Source of the DNA: Yuukianura sp. NJ FZ-2021
Lineage: Eukaryota
Direction: 5' to 3'
DNA: 64,000 bases
Assembly: GCA_046563655.1 (NCBI GenBank)
Contig: CM102289.1
Location: 310,001-374,000, forward strand
The notes beneath the pieces are model-generated. The model did not search any database. It worked only from the letters and a program-made list of their open reading frames with translations, and was not told the origin of the DNA. The first letter of the stretch is position 1, and the number at the start of each line of letters is the position of its first letter. Position numbers and translations under genes: made by a program. This document shows, piece after piece, positions 12,691 through 26,323 of this stretch.

Positions 12691-15600
12691 ATGGAAGTCA
12701 GAGTTCAACTGCCGTTTGAAAGTGGTCGTCCAGAGTTCAGCCATTGGCAACGCAGGGAACCGTGTCGGCTGGACCAAATAACAAGATTAGCTGCAATACC
12801 GAGCAATTCCGAACAACAACGATACACTCCGAATACTTCCGACTACTCCATCAGAGACAAAACCAAACTTCTGCTACTGGCAGACAGAGTTGAAACCAGA
12901 AAAAGTTCGGGTACCGTATCGGTACGAAAAACTTCCGACGCAGACTGTCCCGTTTTTGCAACTCCGCCAAGAAGATCTTCTTCAGTAGCAGCTCCACGAC
13001 GCCAAATTGAGCATGACTGGCTCGAAGGCGGAAAAATTCAAAATTCAAAAGAAGATCCGGAACCGTTGCTTCAAAAAGTCGGATCGTCGTTCCGTCGCTC
13101 AAAACTGTACGCCAGTTTCTCACCAAAGAAAAGATCGCTCCAAAAATTAGTCAAAACGGATCCGGCCAAAACGAACATTGAGCATCTTGTGAACCACAAG
13201 GCAGTTACGCCCAAGGTCATTGACCTTGACTTTCAAAAGTCCAATGACCTTCACCCTGCAAAGGTCAATGACCTTCACATTGAGCCAGTCATCGAAGTCC
13301 AATTTGTAGAAAAAGTGCCCAGTTTCCATGACAGTGTCAAATTATCTTCGATTTTCAGTTCGAGCGTGTCAAATGATCATAAATTGAAAAAAGCGGGAGG
13401 GGGCGGCAGTTTGAGCGGACGTGAAGTTTCTGATCAAATTCAACGCCATGACACCACATGCGCAGTGACAAATTCCTCTGTTGTGCGCAGTTTCCAGTGG
13501 CAACCACTGACCAATGAGGAAGAGGGAGATTATGGATTTGGGAAAGGTGGCAAAGGTGGTAAGGGTGGTCAAGTTCCCACCACGGTGGCAATTAGGACTC
13601 AACGCATGAGAACTCTGCGGAACCACGACTCATTGACGAATTCAGTTTCACATGACAGTTACCTCATCAGAGGGGAAATGGAGGGAGTAACTATGGAAAT
13701 GGAGGGAGTAACTACGCAGAGGAAACGAAGTTGTTCCATTCCCACAGCAGTTGACACAACAATCACCAATCAAAGTGAACAAGACAATGAAAAAAAGTAA
13801 GAGCGGCAAGGAATTTTCAAATTTCAAATTTAACCGCCATGAGCAATTACGGTTTTATGCAATTCCGTGTTGGTTTTTTGGTTTTTAATTTACACTTTCA
13901 TTTTAAAAGTCATGAAGTTATGTGGTTGCATGTTTTGCTGAAAAAGTTCCGCTATGAATCGCGCAAAAAAATTTGAAAATATTTCACTACATATAGAAAT
14001 TTCAAAAAAAAATTATGTGTGTAGAAATTTTTATGGTTTCGTGAGAAAGTTTGGCGTTTTTTAAAAAAAATGAATTGAAAGCGGCGAAATCGATTTTCGA
14101 TGAGATGAAAAATGGTTACAGCTTTTTGTTTGGCTTTTCGAAAATCAACTTGAAATTAGGAAAATTAATTTTTGAATTTTTTTTTTCAAAATCTTGTTAA
14201 AATGTCGTGTGTTTGAAGTCGTGATGTTGGGTTGATTCGCAAGATTGTATCTTTTTCACTTCCCGGAATCCTATTGTTGAAATTTAGCAAACAATGAATT
14301 CAAAAAAAGTTACGGTTCGCTAATTTGAAATTTTGAATTGTACACTGCATGAAAGTGGATAATTGCTGTGCAGAATTTTATAAATTTGCAAATCCTAAAT
14401 TGACATTGCGGTGTCCATGTCCAAGGTCCCTTCACAATCACAGTTTTTACAAAAACTTTTGGGAAACCATGCTTCCTAAATTTGCACACAAAGGAACAAG
14501 ATAATTTGAAAGAGGAGCTCAACTAACCGTGACCTTGGAAATTTTAAAAAGTCTTTAGCAATTTCTTTGTAACTTCTGTGTTGCGCAGTTGACATGCAAC
14601 ATGGAGTTATGCGCATGTGCTGTGCATAAGGTCATAAAAGTGCTGCTGTTTTCCAATTTTGCAATTTGCGAATTCTCGGTCATAAACTTTTGTTGCCAAA
14701 TTGGCAAACTGCTTCTTTGCTCTGGGCGACTTTAAAAGGAGGATTGAAGAATTGGATCTCCGAGATCGTTAATCTTCACTTGCAAAATTTTTGCACACCA
14801 AGCAAACAAGAGTTTAAAGACGCTTGTGCTTCCGTACTTGGCGAAAGATGTGATGTAGCCTGCGGACACAAAATTTGCACATGCAAATTTATCTTAATTT
14901 TTGCAAGTAGTAATTAACTACAGAAGAAAGCAGAAATTAATCACTCCACAACTTACTGCTCACGAACTTTTAAAGTTTGGCAAAGAAAATCCCATTTGCA
15001 TATTTAATAAAAAATTAAAAAATTGACGAAAGTCATTTTGCAAATTTGAATTTCGCCCTGGTTGATTTTTTTGGCATTTGTTCAAACTTTTCGGCAACTT
15101 TTAGTTAAATTTTAAAAACTTTTAAACAAATTACGTTGTGGAGTTGCCAGAAGCAAAATTTGCTTTGATGTAAATTTATTTTATGGCGAAATTTTACAAA
15201 ATTTGGGGTAGGGTGGTGCTAAATTTTGAAAATGTGTGTTTAATTCCTGAAATGGATGCGGATACAGTAAATGGACTTTGGTTGTATGCGAAGGTTGAAA
15301 CTAACGGGAGTTCCGAATGTGAATTTCCAATGACCAAAAAGCAAACTGGCTTTTTCATTACAATTTAGTTTGCAATGTGGTTGTTTTCTTGTTTCATGAT
15401 GACGCTCCTCAAATTTCAGGTGAGAGATGATGCGGAATTTGACACACATTTACTTCAATTCCAAATTCAAACGAAAGTAATTGCAGAATTTTCAAAATTT
15501 TGTGGTTTAAGCAACAAGCCTCCGTTTACATAATGTTTTGAATTTTCAAAAAAGTGGTTTTTCAAAAAGCACTATAAGTCTTAAGCATTGAGTTTTTACC

Positions 15601-18600
15601 AATGTTGAATTTTAAACAAGAAGAAAACGTGATTGAGTGAGAATGCTGATGTTCAAAACATACAACTTTTTTTTTGAAAATCAACGTTTTATTGAAAATC
15701 AACTTTTTTTTGTATAAACTATAAAAATTCGATAGCTCAAAAGTCGTTTTAAATTTTTTGTGAGTTGTGAAGATTCAAGTCTTGGTGCTACACATTAAGT
15801 GCTGTAGTCAAGTTGCAGATTTGCAGTCACTGTAGCAATGAAGTACAAAAAACATAAAAAGCAATGATAAGAACTTGTGGTGACCTTTTAAAAAGGCCAA
15901 AGTTTAAAGAATGATGATGACGCCATACTCATTAAACTTTTTTTTGGAGTGAGTGCTTAAGCTGAAGCTGCAAAAGTTCAACTTATGCTCCACATTTCAA
16001 ATCCAGGATTTTGTGTCAAGTTCTTTTTTTATAGTTAGAAAAAATTGTAAAGAACTTGTTCATATTTTGAACGTTGAGGTTTGTGGTGGTAAAAGTAAAC
16101 GTGACAGTCCCATTTTATGCACTGAATGAGCAATTACAAGTGTATAAGTGATTCAAAATTTGTGCCAAATTCAAAAACGTTTTATTTTTAAAATTTTGAA
16201 GAATGTTGCACGGCTTTAGTCTCACTGACATTTCATTTTTCTCTACAGAAACGTAAGCTATATTTTTAAATCACTTTTTCAAAATGAATTTCATTTTTTT
16301 GTAAATATTGATGGTAACTTAACTGCTCAATATTTTAAATTTTGACAAAATTTGGCGCCTAAAGTTTTTGTTTTATTTTGGTCTGTTATGCGGAAGTGTA
16401 GTTTTTATCTTTTGTTTGACAACACATTTCTCAGGAATCAAAATACTGAAATCCAAATCTCTTTCGGTTTGTTTAAAAAGTAACGGAATTTCAAAAAATG
16501 AACAAAAAAGTGAAGTTGTTGAGTGTAAGTATACAAAGTTTGTCGTTTGGCGTGTTGGAGCCAATCATTTATCGTATTTGACCCACTTACATTCATTGTT
16601 CGTGGTACAATTTTATTTACTTTGTCTCAGAATCCATAGTCATACTTCCACCTGCTCTAAAAATGTACAGCATGGTCCAAAAACATTCAAAATTTACTTT
16701 TACTTCTTCTTGTACATCGCCAGGTTTACAGTAAAAGTAGAACAAATTTAAATTCCGATGGAAACCTAAGTTGCTAGTCAAAATATTGAAAATTTTAAAT
16801 TTTTAAATTGAAGTCAACATTTTTTTAAGATACGTTTTGATGAGAGTAGTTTTGGAATTTAAATATTCTTAGCAGTACTTTTGAATCATGCTGTACAATA
16901 ATAGAACTTGTGTGTGTTCCGGTACAAAAAAAAAGTGGAGGCAGTGCTCATGCTCCTCTGTGCTGGAATTATCTTGAAGATAAATTGTGTGTGTCGGATT
17001 TCAAACTAAAATTTTGTGACAAGTCGGAGCACTTGAAGTTTGATTTTGAGTGTTGATTTCCAAAAACCACTTTGATTCATTCGAGGTTAGTTGATCTGTG
17101 TTGAGGTCCAATCGACCAACATGCTTTTTCCATTTCAATTTTCAAAATTTTTGTGACTTTTGAAGTTGGGAAGTATCTTTTTTGTTCAAAATTGAAAATG
17201 AGTTTGGCAGAAAAGCTGAACTTTTGTGCCAGTGGGTGTGGTGACACAAGTTTGTCTTTTCAGTGGAATTTTCCCAATCGAGTGTCCACTTTGGGTCGTG
17301 GTGGGACACTTCCGTTTACGCGTGACCTTGATGCACAGAAGTTTAATTTTGGAACGCTAACACGCAAACGTACAACCAGCACCGGACAACATACCTTTAG
17401 TTTGCGTCGGTCTTCCATCACTGCTAGTCTTAGAAATATTAGAAAGTAAACTACTGAGTAACTACTTAAGGAAAATTTTAAATTTTTGGCTCGCAATTTG
17501 TCAACTTTCCAATTTAAAAAAAAAACTTCGAAAAAGTTTTTTTCAAATTTGAATATTTTTTTTAGTTTTTGGAGTGAAGTCGGCGGTGACAAATTGAAGG
17601 GAGCCGAAGAACGACGCATGACAAACGCAGCATGTTCGGCACGACTCCAGGAAACTACGCAGACTTTTTCTGTAAAGGTAATAATACTTAAATAATATAT
17701 TTAAATAACATATTTTAATCATATTTAAACAATATATTTAAATTTACATTTGAATATATGCATAAAGTGATGGTGATTGACCGTAATATGTTTGGGTCAT
17801 GGGAGAGTTGAAATTTGTGAGATCCGTTTCATCTTTAAAAAGAGTGAGTCAGAGAGTGGAGGGAGTAACTATTTTCTTTTCCAACATTTTTATGTTGTTT
17901 TTGAATACTTTTTGCACTTGTTTTCTTGTTAAGGCATGACAGGTTGGGAATTATACCAATTTTAACTCCATTTTTTGTTGAAAAGTGGATTACTTTTGTG
18001 GTTGGGAAGGGCAAGGATTTTGACATTGAAAAAAACGAGAAAAAATCTCTTCTTCAAAATTCAAGTTATCAATTGGCGTCATAGTAAAATTAAGCCAAAG
18101 TGAACTTTTGGAAAGATTGTGGATTTTGATTAAATTTGAGGAATTAAGCCCCCTGCGCTTTAAATTTTTAAGTGGCCACAATTTAATTCCAGCGTAGCAC
18201 AAAGCACTACACTCTTTACTCAATTTGCTTTGAAAAATTTAACTAGGGAAATCAAAATTTCTCTAGTTAAAACTAGTTAAAACTATCAAAAACCAACACA
18301 TCACAAAGCATTGTACTACTCAGATTTCATAAAGTAAAGTTGTTTTGAAAAATTTAGAGAAATTGAAATTGTCGCACAACTTTTTTTGTGAAATGTTTCA
18401 GTTGATTGACGTTTTGAGTCACGATGCGTATTTCCTGCAATGGAAATTCATTCATTCATTTTTGAAATGAAAAACAAAACCTTGAAACGATTTAGTGACA
18501 GAATCACCAAAAATTCCACAAATATTTCACTGATTAAGCGGTTATTGTTTACCAAAATAGAAAGCTGTAAGCAGATGACGCTGTGTACAAACTGTTTCCA

Positions 18601-21600
18601 ACTAATTCGACTTTAATTGAAGTTAACTTTATTGCAAAATGGAAATTTTGTTAAACTTGGTTTAATTTCATGCTTTTGAAATCACTTTTTGACATAAAGT
18701 TAAGAGAAAGCCAAAAAGTTTTACTCCCGAAATACCTCGGTGCATGTCAGAAGAAAATTGAGAAGTTATTTCAGAAAAAGTTAAATTTTAACTAATGTTG
18801 TTGTTTGAAATGTTGGCGGTACATTTGAACGCAACAGTTCAGTTGTGTTCATGTGTTTGTCAGTGTGTGGTCTTTTACCAGCAAAATTTACAAACACTTT
18901 GATTTTCTGCAAACTTTGAAGCGATGACGTGCAAAAAGATTAAATAAGTGGAAGCGAGATAAATTTTTGTTCCTTTGTTTCACACACTAATGTGTTATCA
19001 GACAAACCGCCACTGTTCCAGAATCTGGATTTTTGCAATGATTTTTCGTTTTTTGCAAGATTAGGTAAGTTGATGTACAAGCGCGAGAGTAATGCTGGAA
19101 CAAAAATTCTTTTGTTGAGTCGAACCAACCTAATCAGAATTTTGAAACTGTGAGCTGGTGGTGTAATTACCAATTTCAAAAAGTTGCCGCACTTTGGAAT
19201 TCCGCGAACCAAAAAACTTTTTGCATTGGTGACGACGTTGTTTTCCTATTTCTGCTGACACAAACGATTGCAATTTGACCACCAAGAAATGCATGAGGTC
19301 AGTCAACGTTTCGTTTTAGCGGGCGAGGTACTTTTTAGTAGAAAAAATGTTTGTTTAGTACGCAGGCGCCACTGTCCTATCAGTTTTTCCCATTTCCGCA
19401 AACTTAGACCTCACAAAAAAATTCTTTTGATTTTTTGCAAGTCGAAGCTCTAAGATTTTTTTAAAATTTCTTTTAACTTTGATAAAATTTGGTAAGAAAT
19501 TTCTGCCGAAACTTTTTATGCACTTTGCAGTTCTTTTGCAACGTTTGTCTGATTCGTTACAACTGAAAATGGACAGTAAATTCCAAATTTTTCGAAAAGT
19601 AAAACTACTTTAATTTTTCCAAAAAGTAAAACTAGTTTTTTTAAAAAAAAATGGGAGTTTGAGTAAAATTTGTGTGAAAAAGGAACAAAGAAGCTGTTAT
19701 TGTTGTTGTTTTTGTTGACGATTGTTGGGCTTTTGAGTAAAAGTGTTTGCAAACAATGGCCTCCAAGGAGCTAAACTATAACAATGCAACAATCATAGTT
19801 TAAATTTGAATTTGAATCTAACCGCCTTTTTTCTGTGTTTTTCTTAGATGCGGTCGGACAAGCGAGAAGGACGTCCCATATCACTTGACTGCGGTCAGAG
19901 AAAGTGAGTTTGACAATTACAAAAAAATGCACTTTTTAGGAAAAAAAAACGTTAAACCTTCAAAGTTGGTAGAACTTCGTGGTGACTTTTGATGCTAAAA
20001 AGCGTTGAAGCAGATCGGACTGCGCAGGGGCACGGCTGAAGGTGTTTGCACATGAGCAGAGTTGTGACTCCAATGCTAAGCAGCCGTAAAAATTAGGCCG
20101 TTTAACTTTTAGTTTTGAGCAGAAACGGAAAATAACCGCAGCACAACAGTTTCAATGCACAATTCAATTGGGTGCAGTTGACATTGTGTAATTTGTTAAG
20201 CAACTTCGTACTTGAATTCAAAAAGTAAAAAAAAAGTTGGTTTTCAAAATTCTGATATTTTCAATTTCAAAATTTTGAAAACTGAAAACATTGTAGTCCG
20301 TAGCTTCAGTTAGGAGCAACGTGACGGAATTTCGGTTGAATTTTGAGTGTTAAAAATTTGTGCTAAAAATTTATTTGAATTTGTGTTTAAAAATTTTGTG
20401 ATACATTTCTGCTAAAAGATTGTGTTTTTTAGAGCTTGGCTGACAACGATCAACGACATGAACAGTGACCCCGTATCACCGCCGCAGCTAGAGGTCAAGA
20501 GGTCATCTAAGCCCAAAACGAAACGACCTCTGAGCATAACCCATTTGCACTTAGAAGCCGAACCTCAGCCGAATGAAACCGAACAAAATCCGGAAACTTC
20601 CAGTATCGGAAGTAGTGGTGATGGCAACAGTTCAAAAAGCACAACGCCCTCCATTTTTCAGCGATTCTCAAAAACTTTTTCTCTCAGATTCGGCAATTCA
20701 ACCCCAAAATCTCCGAAATCACGAGTTCCCACCGGCAGTTCTCCCGATCTTCCGATTTTTACCGAACAAAAACTGAAACAAGCCGAGTCCCTCCGGAAGA
20801 AAAAACACAAAGTGGATCCCTCTTCTGGAAAAGTTAGAAAACGAACCAGCTTAAGAGACGACAAATGTCAAAGTGGCGATTCCGGAATTCAAGCTGACGA
20901 TGACGACCGAGTTTCGGATCCAAAACGGAACTTGGAGTTTGAACCGACACGAAACCGTCGAAGTTCTGTTACCGTCTCACCTCCATCCATGAAAAAGCTG
21001 TCTCTAGTTGAAATTCCCACGGATGTTTGGGACGGAGATGCCGATGCTGGATTTGTGTCGGCAACAGAAGATGAAGACGACCGTGTAAATCAAACCGGTA
21101 CGAATCTACCGCCAAAATCGTTTCATTCCCTACCGCTCAAGTATTCCCGCCAAAGAAAAGCCGAACTTTTACAAGACAAAAAAAGTTTAGTGCGTGGAAG
21201 TGTCGTCAAAGAGTTTTTAACAACAGAAGCAAATTATGTAAAAAGTTTGAGCGACATTGTACAGGGATTTGTTGTTCCGTGCAGAGCACGATCCGATCTC
21301 TTCAACGACAAAACAGTTGCCAACATTTTCTCAAATGTCGAAGAAATTTTGAAACTTCATGCCCGAATTTTGGAAAGTTTGCAATCCAGTGTTGCCAGTG
21401 CCGATCCGAATTTGAGCGAAGCAAAGATCGGCGGAATTTTTATAGAGTTTGCGCAATCGTTTGACTTGTACTCGGAGTATTGTTACCAAAATCCAATGTC
21501 CATGGCAACAGTTCGTCAACTCTGTCTGAACAGAGAGTATGCAGAATTTTTTGAAGCGTGCAGAAGACTGCAGTTGATGGACAAACTCCCGCTGCATGGA

Positions 21601-23189
21601 TTTCTGCTTCGGCCAATTCAGAGGATTTGTCAGTACCACCTACAGCTTAACGAACTACTCAAAAACACACCGGTAAATATTTGTCTACTTTGTGCAAATA
21701 TGTAATGCAGTTTAAGTATGTAATGCGATGTAAGTATGTAATGTGATGTAAGTATGTAATGCGATGGAAGTATGTAATGCGATGTACGTATGGAATTTGA
21801 TGCAAGTACCGTATTTCCTCGCATATAAGGCGCATTCGCGTATAAGACGCAGCAAGGAATTCTAAACAAAATCCTCCAGCAGTGCGAAAACCTGAAGTTT
21901 AAAGGTAAAATTTTTAAAATACATTTTGCGTCAGGTTTCCTAAGTTGGTAGCGAAGTAAATTTGTTTGTTCCAAATTTTTGCCGAATTTTCTCAGATAAG
22001 ACGCGTGTTATAGGCGAGAAAATGCGGTAATGTGATGGCAGAATGAAATGTGATGCAAGTATGTAACGTTATGTAAGTATGTAATGAAGTGTAACTTAAG
22101 CGTAACATAACTTATCTTACATGATGTTATATTTTTATTTTATGGTAGGCGGAGCATGAGGACTACGCCGACGTGGAGATGGCCTTGCATACAATGAAGG
22201 GCGTGGCCATGAAAATGAACGACACTCAAAGGAAGTTCGACTCTCTTCAAGAAATTGTGAGACTGCAGAGTTCAATTGATGGATGGGAGGTAAAAACATT
22301 CTCAAAAAATTTTTTGTTTTCAGAAAACTTTTTTTTGAAATTTTTTTAAAACTTGTTTTTTTGAACAGGGTGAAGACTTAGTTCCTGGCAGTTCCGTAAT
22401 TCTACTCAAAGGCGACTTGATTAAGACTACTTTAGGACACAGGCCAAAGGAAGTTTACGTTGTATTACTCAACAACGAAATTCTCATGTGCAGAAAGGTG
22501 CCAAAATTAATTTTTGAATTTCATACAAAATTTTGCAAAACTTCACAATTTCTTCAAAATTTTGACAATGTTTTTAAATTTCTCTAGGACTATTACAGAA
22601 AAGGTTCCACTTTTCTCTGCAACAGGGCGTTGCTAAGTGCTAAACACTGGGTGGATATTACAAACGACGGTAAACTCGAGAACTAAAAAAAAAAGTAAAA
22701 TTCAAGGAAAAATTTTTTTTTCAAAATTTTAGTTTTTTTCTTGAAATTGTAGACGAGTGTTTTGGTGCAGTTCACAATTCATGGCGAGTTTACGACGCCT
22801 CAGATGCTGAGTGGATCCTTCTAACAGCTCCGAGTCCATCTGAAAAGCTGAAATGGATGGCAGCTTTTCAGCAGACTCAAAAACCCTACGTAGTTGATTT
22901 CAAAATGAGTGAAATGGCCAAATTCACTGCGTTAAAACAAATGTTAACAGAGTCTGCGCAGACGCCATATCACGGTGGTCACTTCAACGGATCCACTCTA
23001 CCGCGACTACGCAAAAACCGAAAAAACACCTCTAGTCTCACGAAAGCCGATTCGGATGCAATGCTCATCGAAGTTGGCAAACTGCGCAAGTCCAACAACA
23101 ACATCCAGCATAACCACAAAAACAGCCAATCCAGTACCAGCATTGACAAAGACAAAAATTTATTACCCAATTCAAAATTCTATGTGTAG
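12691..23189 (+). CDS. DH-PH Rho guanine nucleotide exchange factor, ARHGEF4/ARHGEF9/SPATA13-like, with two alternative first coding exons
   Basis: DH domain (EFLTTEANYVKSL...YSEYC...FFEACR...FLLRPIQRICQYHLQL) at about 21190-22290, PH exons 22369-22870. First exons from 12691 and from 17198 both end in phase-2 donors compatible with the about 17566 exon, then exons at 19848 and 20433. Confidence 0.88.
21700..22100. repeat. Minisatellite of about 18 bp (gtatgtaatgcgatgtaa), interrupted by a MITE
   Basis: Tandem units at 21700-21806 resume after 22029. Confidence 0.75.
21807..22029. mobile_element. MITE with pogo/Tigger-like termini, copy 2
   Basis: taccgtatttcctcgcatataaggcgc ... gcgtgttataggcgagaaaatgcggta; TA at both ends; internal similarity to 2048-2698. 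Confidence 0.75.
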
Positions 23190-23466
23190 TTGCTATTCCG
23201 ATTCATAATTTGAAATATATTTCCAATTTTTCTAAACCTAAAAAGTGGTCGGGTATCGTGAAAGTGGTGGGTGGTAGGTGAACTAGTAAGTGGTCACGAA
23301 AGTCATAGGTGGTCGCCGCGTATCCGAAAGTGGTAGGTGGTTGCAAAGTGGTCTGGTATTGTGAAAGTAGTAAGTGGATAGCAATTTGTGGTGTAATCTT
23401 TGTAATTAAATTTTTGGATTGCAGTAACTTTGTTACATAGTGTAACTACGTAATTCCACTACTCCC

Positions 23467-26323
23467 TTACTCTATTTGCCTTAACCCCATCGAATTTGAT
23501 CTGGGTATTGTTCTACGAGTACATTTAGTCCGAATCCATGCTCCAACTTCTCGCAGTAGAAGTTTCAATTCTGTGCGAAATTTGGTTCCGAGACATGCGT
23601 AGAGGATGAAATTGAGAGCAGAGTTGACAAGTATGGGGAGACAGACAATTGTGGCAGTCACTTCAGGCTCCACTCCCTTCAGAATAAAGTTGAGTTCCAG
23701 TGCAGCAGCCAAGGAGTTAAGCAGGATGAACACCAACACAACTGAAAGCAACATTCTAGTCAGGGAAGAGTCATGCGCAGTACTCTGGGTGGTTGCAGTA
23801 AGGCGCCGCTCTCTCGCTGCTTTGGTTACCTTAAACATTACAACACAATACATTTTATTACTTTGGTTTTGTATTTGTAAAACTTTTGTTTCAAGTTTAC
23901 CGCTGTAATGATGAGTATGTTGAGTGTGACGATGGCAACAAATGGAACCAAGTAGATGCATGCATACCAGAGCAGTTGCTGGTAAATGATTTGGTAGAGT
24001 GGATATCTGTGCAACTGACGCGGGAAACTTCTGCTCCACTCTGGGGACGATGCTTCGTAGCTCCACTTTACAAATTCAAACCACCGCGGTAAATTTAGAA
24101 ATGTTGCAAATCCGAATACTAACAGTATGTAACGTCGTGCTTTGCGTATTGTAAAAATGGAAGACACTTGCAATGGCTTCGAAATTGCAACAAAGCGTTC
24201 CACCGTAACCAAAATCGTCATGTACACCGACGCTGTGTACACTGTAGAAAAAGATTAAGTTAAAGAACTACATAACATAGTTTATATAAAGATATAAGTA
24301 TTTCAAATTTATTGTTAATTTTTCGCCAAGCTTAAATGCTTACTTGTTTTGTTGATTGGATAAGCGACGTATCCATTCAACTTTGACCGCAGGAACCTTT
24401 CTTGAAACAAATTCCCGAATTCTTCCGCCGTCATAAACGATGTAATCAAGTACATGGAATCGCAACATGTGAGTCCCAGGAGAAGCATGCTGGTTGAGCT
24501 ACGCATTGCGTTGCGCATGAGAACAACGAAGCTCAAGCAGTTGCAAATTAGTCCAATACCACAAATGCAGTAAACGAACGTCATGTAGGTGTTGTGGATT
24601 TGTGACAACAGCTTTGAAGTTATTTCCTTTTCCGAGAAGCTATGTAATTTCAAATAACTGGCAATCCTATACTCTTTTTTGAGCAAATCTTCACCTAGAA
24701 GGTCTTTATACAGGTACCCGTATTCCCCGTTTACAGTAAACATTAGGAAATATTTTCCTTCCCAGGTGTTGTCCGGAAATGTTGCGTTTAAAATTGTTTT
24801 TATGACTGCTTGAAATTGAGCCTTGACAGTCTCTCCAGGGTCATACGTAGGCATTTTGATGACGATTACCTGAGTTCGGTGTTTCACAACTTCCAAAAGC
24901 AGCCTTTGAGACAATACATCCTCCATATCTATCGTAACGTCCACCACATTTGGAAAAATACTGCCAATATTGTCTAAAATTGTGCCGTCCATTGTGCACC
25001 CCATGAATGACACAGACTGTATATTTGACAACGGCCGAACTGGTAAGTTTTTGGCTCTAACTTCCACAAATTGTAAAATTAGCCATTTTAATGACCTAAC
25101 TTGGAGTGATCCCAAGTCAACTTCAGGACACTCTTCATCCAAATACTGACAGTTTATGCGCAGCTCTTCCAATTCATGACTTTTCAAAATATCATCTAAT
25201 TTCGAATTCCACAAATACGAATTGTATAGATGAAGTTCTCTAAACTCTGCGGATAAATTGAAAATGCCGAGGTCAATGTCACCAAATATCACTACAATCA
25301 CCTCTAGTTTGGTGAATTGTTGTCTTGAGTGAGCAGGAGCGGAGTTGTAACGGAAGTTCAACGATTCTGTATCTAATTTGACAAGTGATTTGGCGGGAAG
25401 AAGTGCGAGGTCAATTGCTTCATGAAATTTGCTACGAATATACAGGCGTTGCAGGACAATAGCGGACTTTAACAGTTGTGATATTCTACCGCCGATGAGG
25501 TCATTGTATTCCAAGGTCAAAGTTTTGACAGAGGTCAAGTTCAGTAACGTCACATCAATCGTGCAGTACTTTGCCTGGAATTTTTGAACCTTTGTGCTCA
25601 TGCTGTACAACAGTCTCCAAATGGCGTCATCTTTAATGCGCATTACTTCCACCCTTGAATTTCTCAGTTCGAAGGATCCTGTTTGTTCAGTAAAGTAATA
25701 AATATGGAAGTCCAAATTCTGAAGAACTGGGATTACTCCGGTGCCTTTACTTGCATTTGTATAAAAGAAGACGACTGACTCCAACGCTTCGCTGGCGCTC
25801 CAAACATGGCGCGGATTATCAATGTGCTTAAATTCAAAATCTATTAAATTGTGAAGATAAATTTTTTCAAAATTCATTTCAGTTTTCCATTCCCACTCTA
25901 CGTTCCGTAAACTCAAAGACGTCAATTTGGTACAATTTGTCAACAAATTTGCGAGTGTGGATCTCCTCACACGCATAAAATTCAATTCCACGTGTGTTAG
26001 TCCACACTGACCATCGTCTGCCAAGATTTTCTCAACTCCTTCTAAATCCTTCAGAAAAGTTTCGTCTCCATACAGAATTATTTTATTTTCCTTTAAAAAT
26101 AAAAAAATATATATTCCGCATTATATTGTATCCTGTCGTTTCTAAATAATTGAATGTTCTTATATTAATTTTTTTATATTAATTTATATTAATATTTTAA
26201 AATCCTGCTTATTGATGTACTTACAGTGATACGCCGTTTGACCTCCGTAACTGTGATATGCCGGTAAGAACCCTTCGCAACTGGAACGACCCATAATATT
26301 AATAAAATTGTACAGAAATTCAT
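23467..26323 (-). CDS. Class A GPCR (FMRFamide-receptor-like 7TM) with signal peptide and large LRR-like ectodomain, about 849 aa, 4 exons
   Basis: Exons 26323-26225, 26090-24344, 24241-23901 and 23829-23467 are all phase-consistent. 7TM motifs: NCLSFVVL, YTASVYMTILVTVERFVAI, NLPRWFE, NSALNFILY. Confidence 0.85.

Noticed and set aside
13900..20400. Many short Phe/Lys/Leu-rich ORFs
   Set aside because: Typical chance ORFs of A/T-run-rich RhoGEF introns, apart from the small exons noted.
23830..23900. Apparent frameshift between the two GPCR ORFs
   Set aside because: Explained by a 71-nt GT-AG intron.
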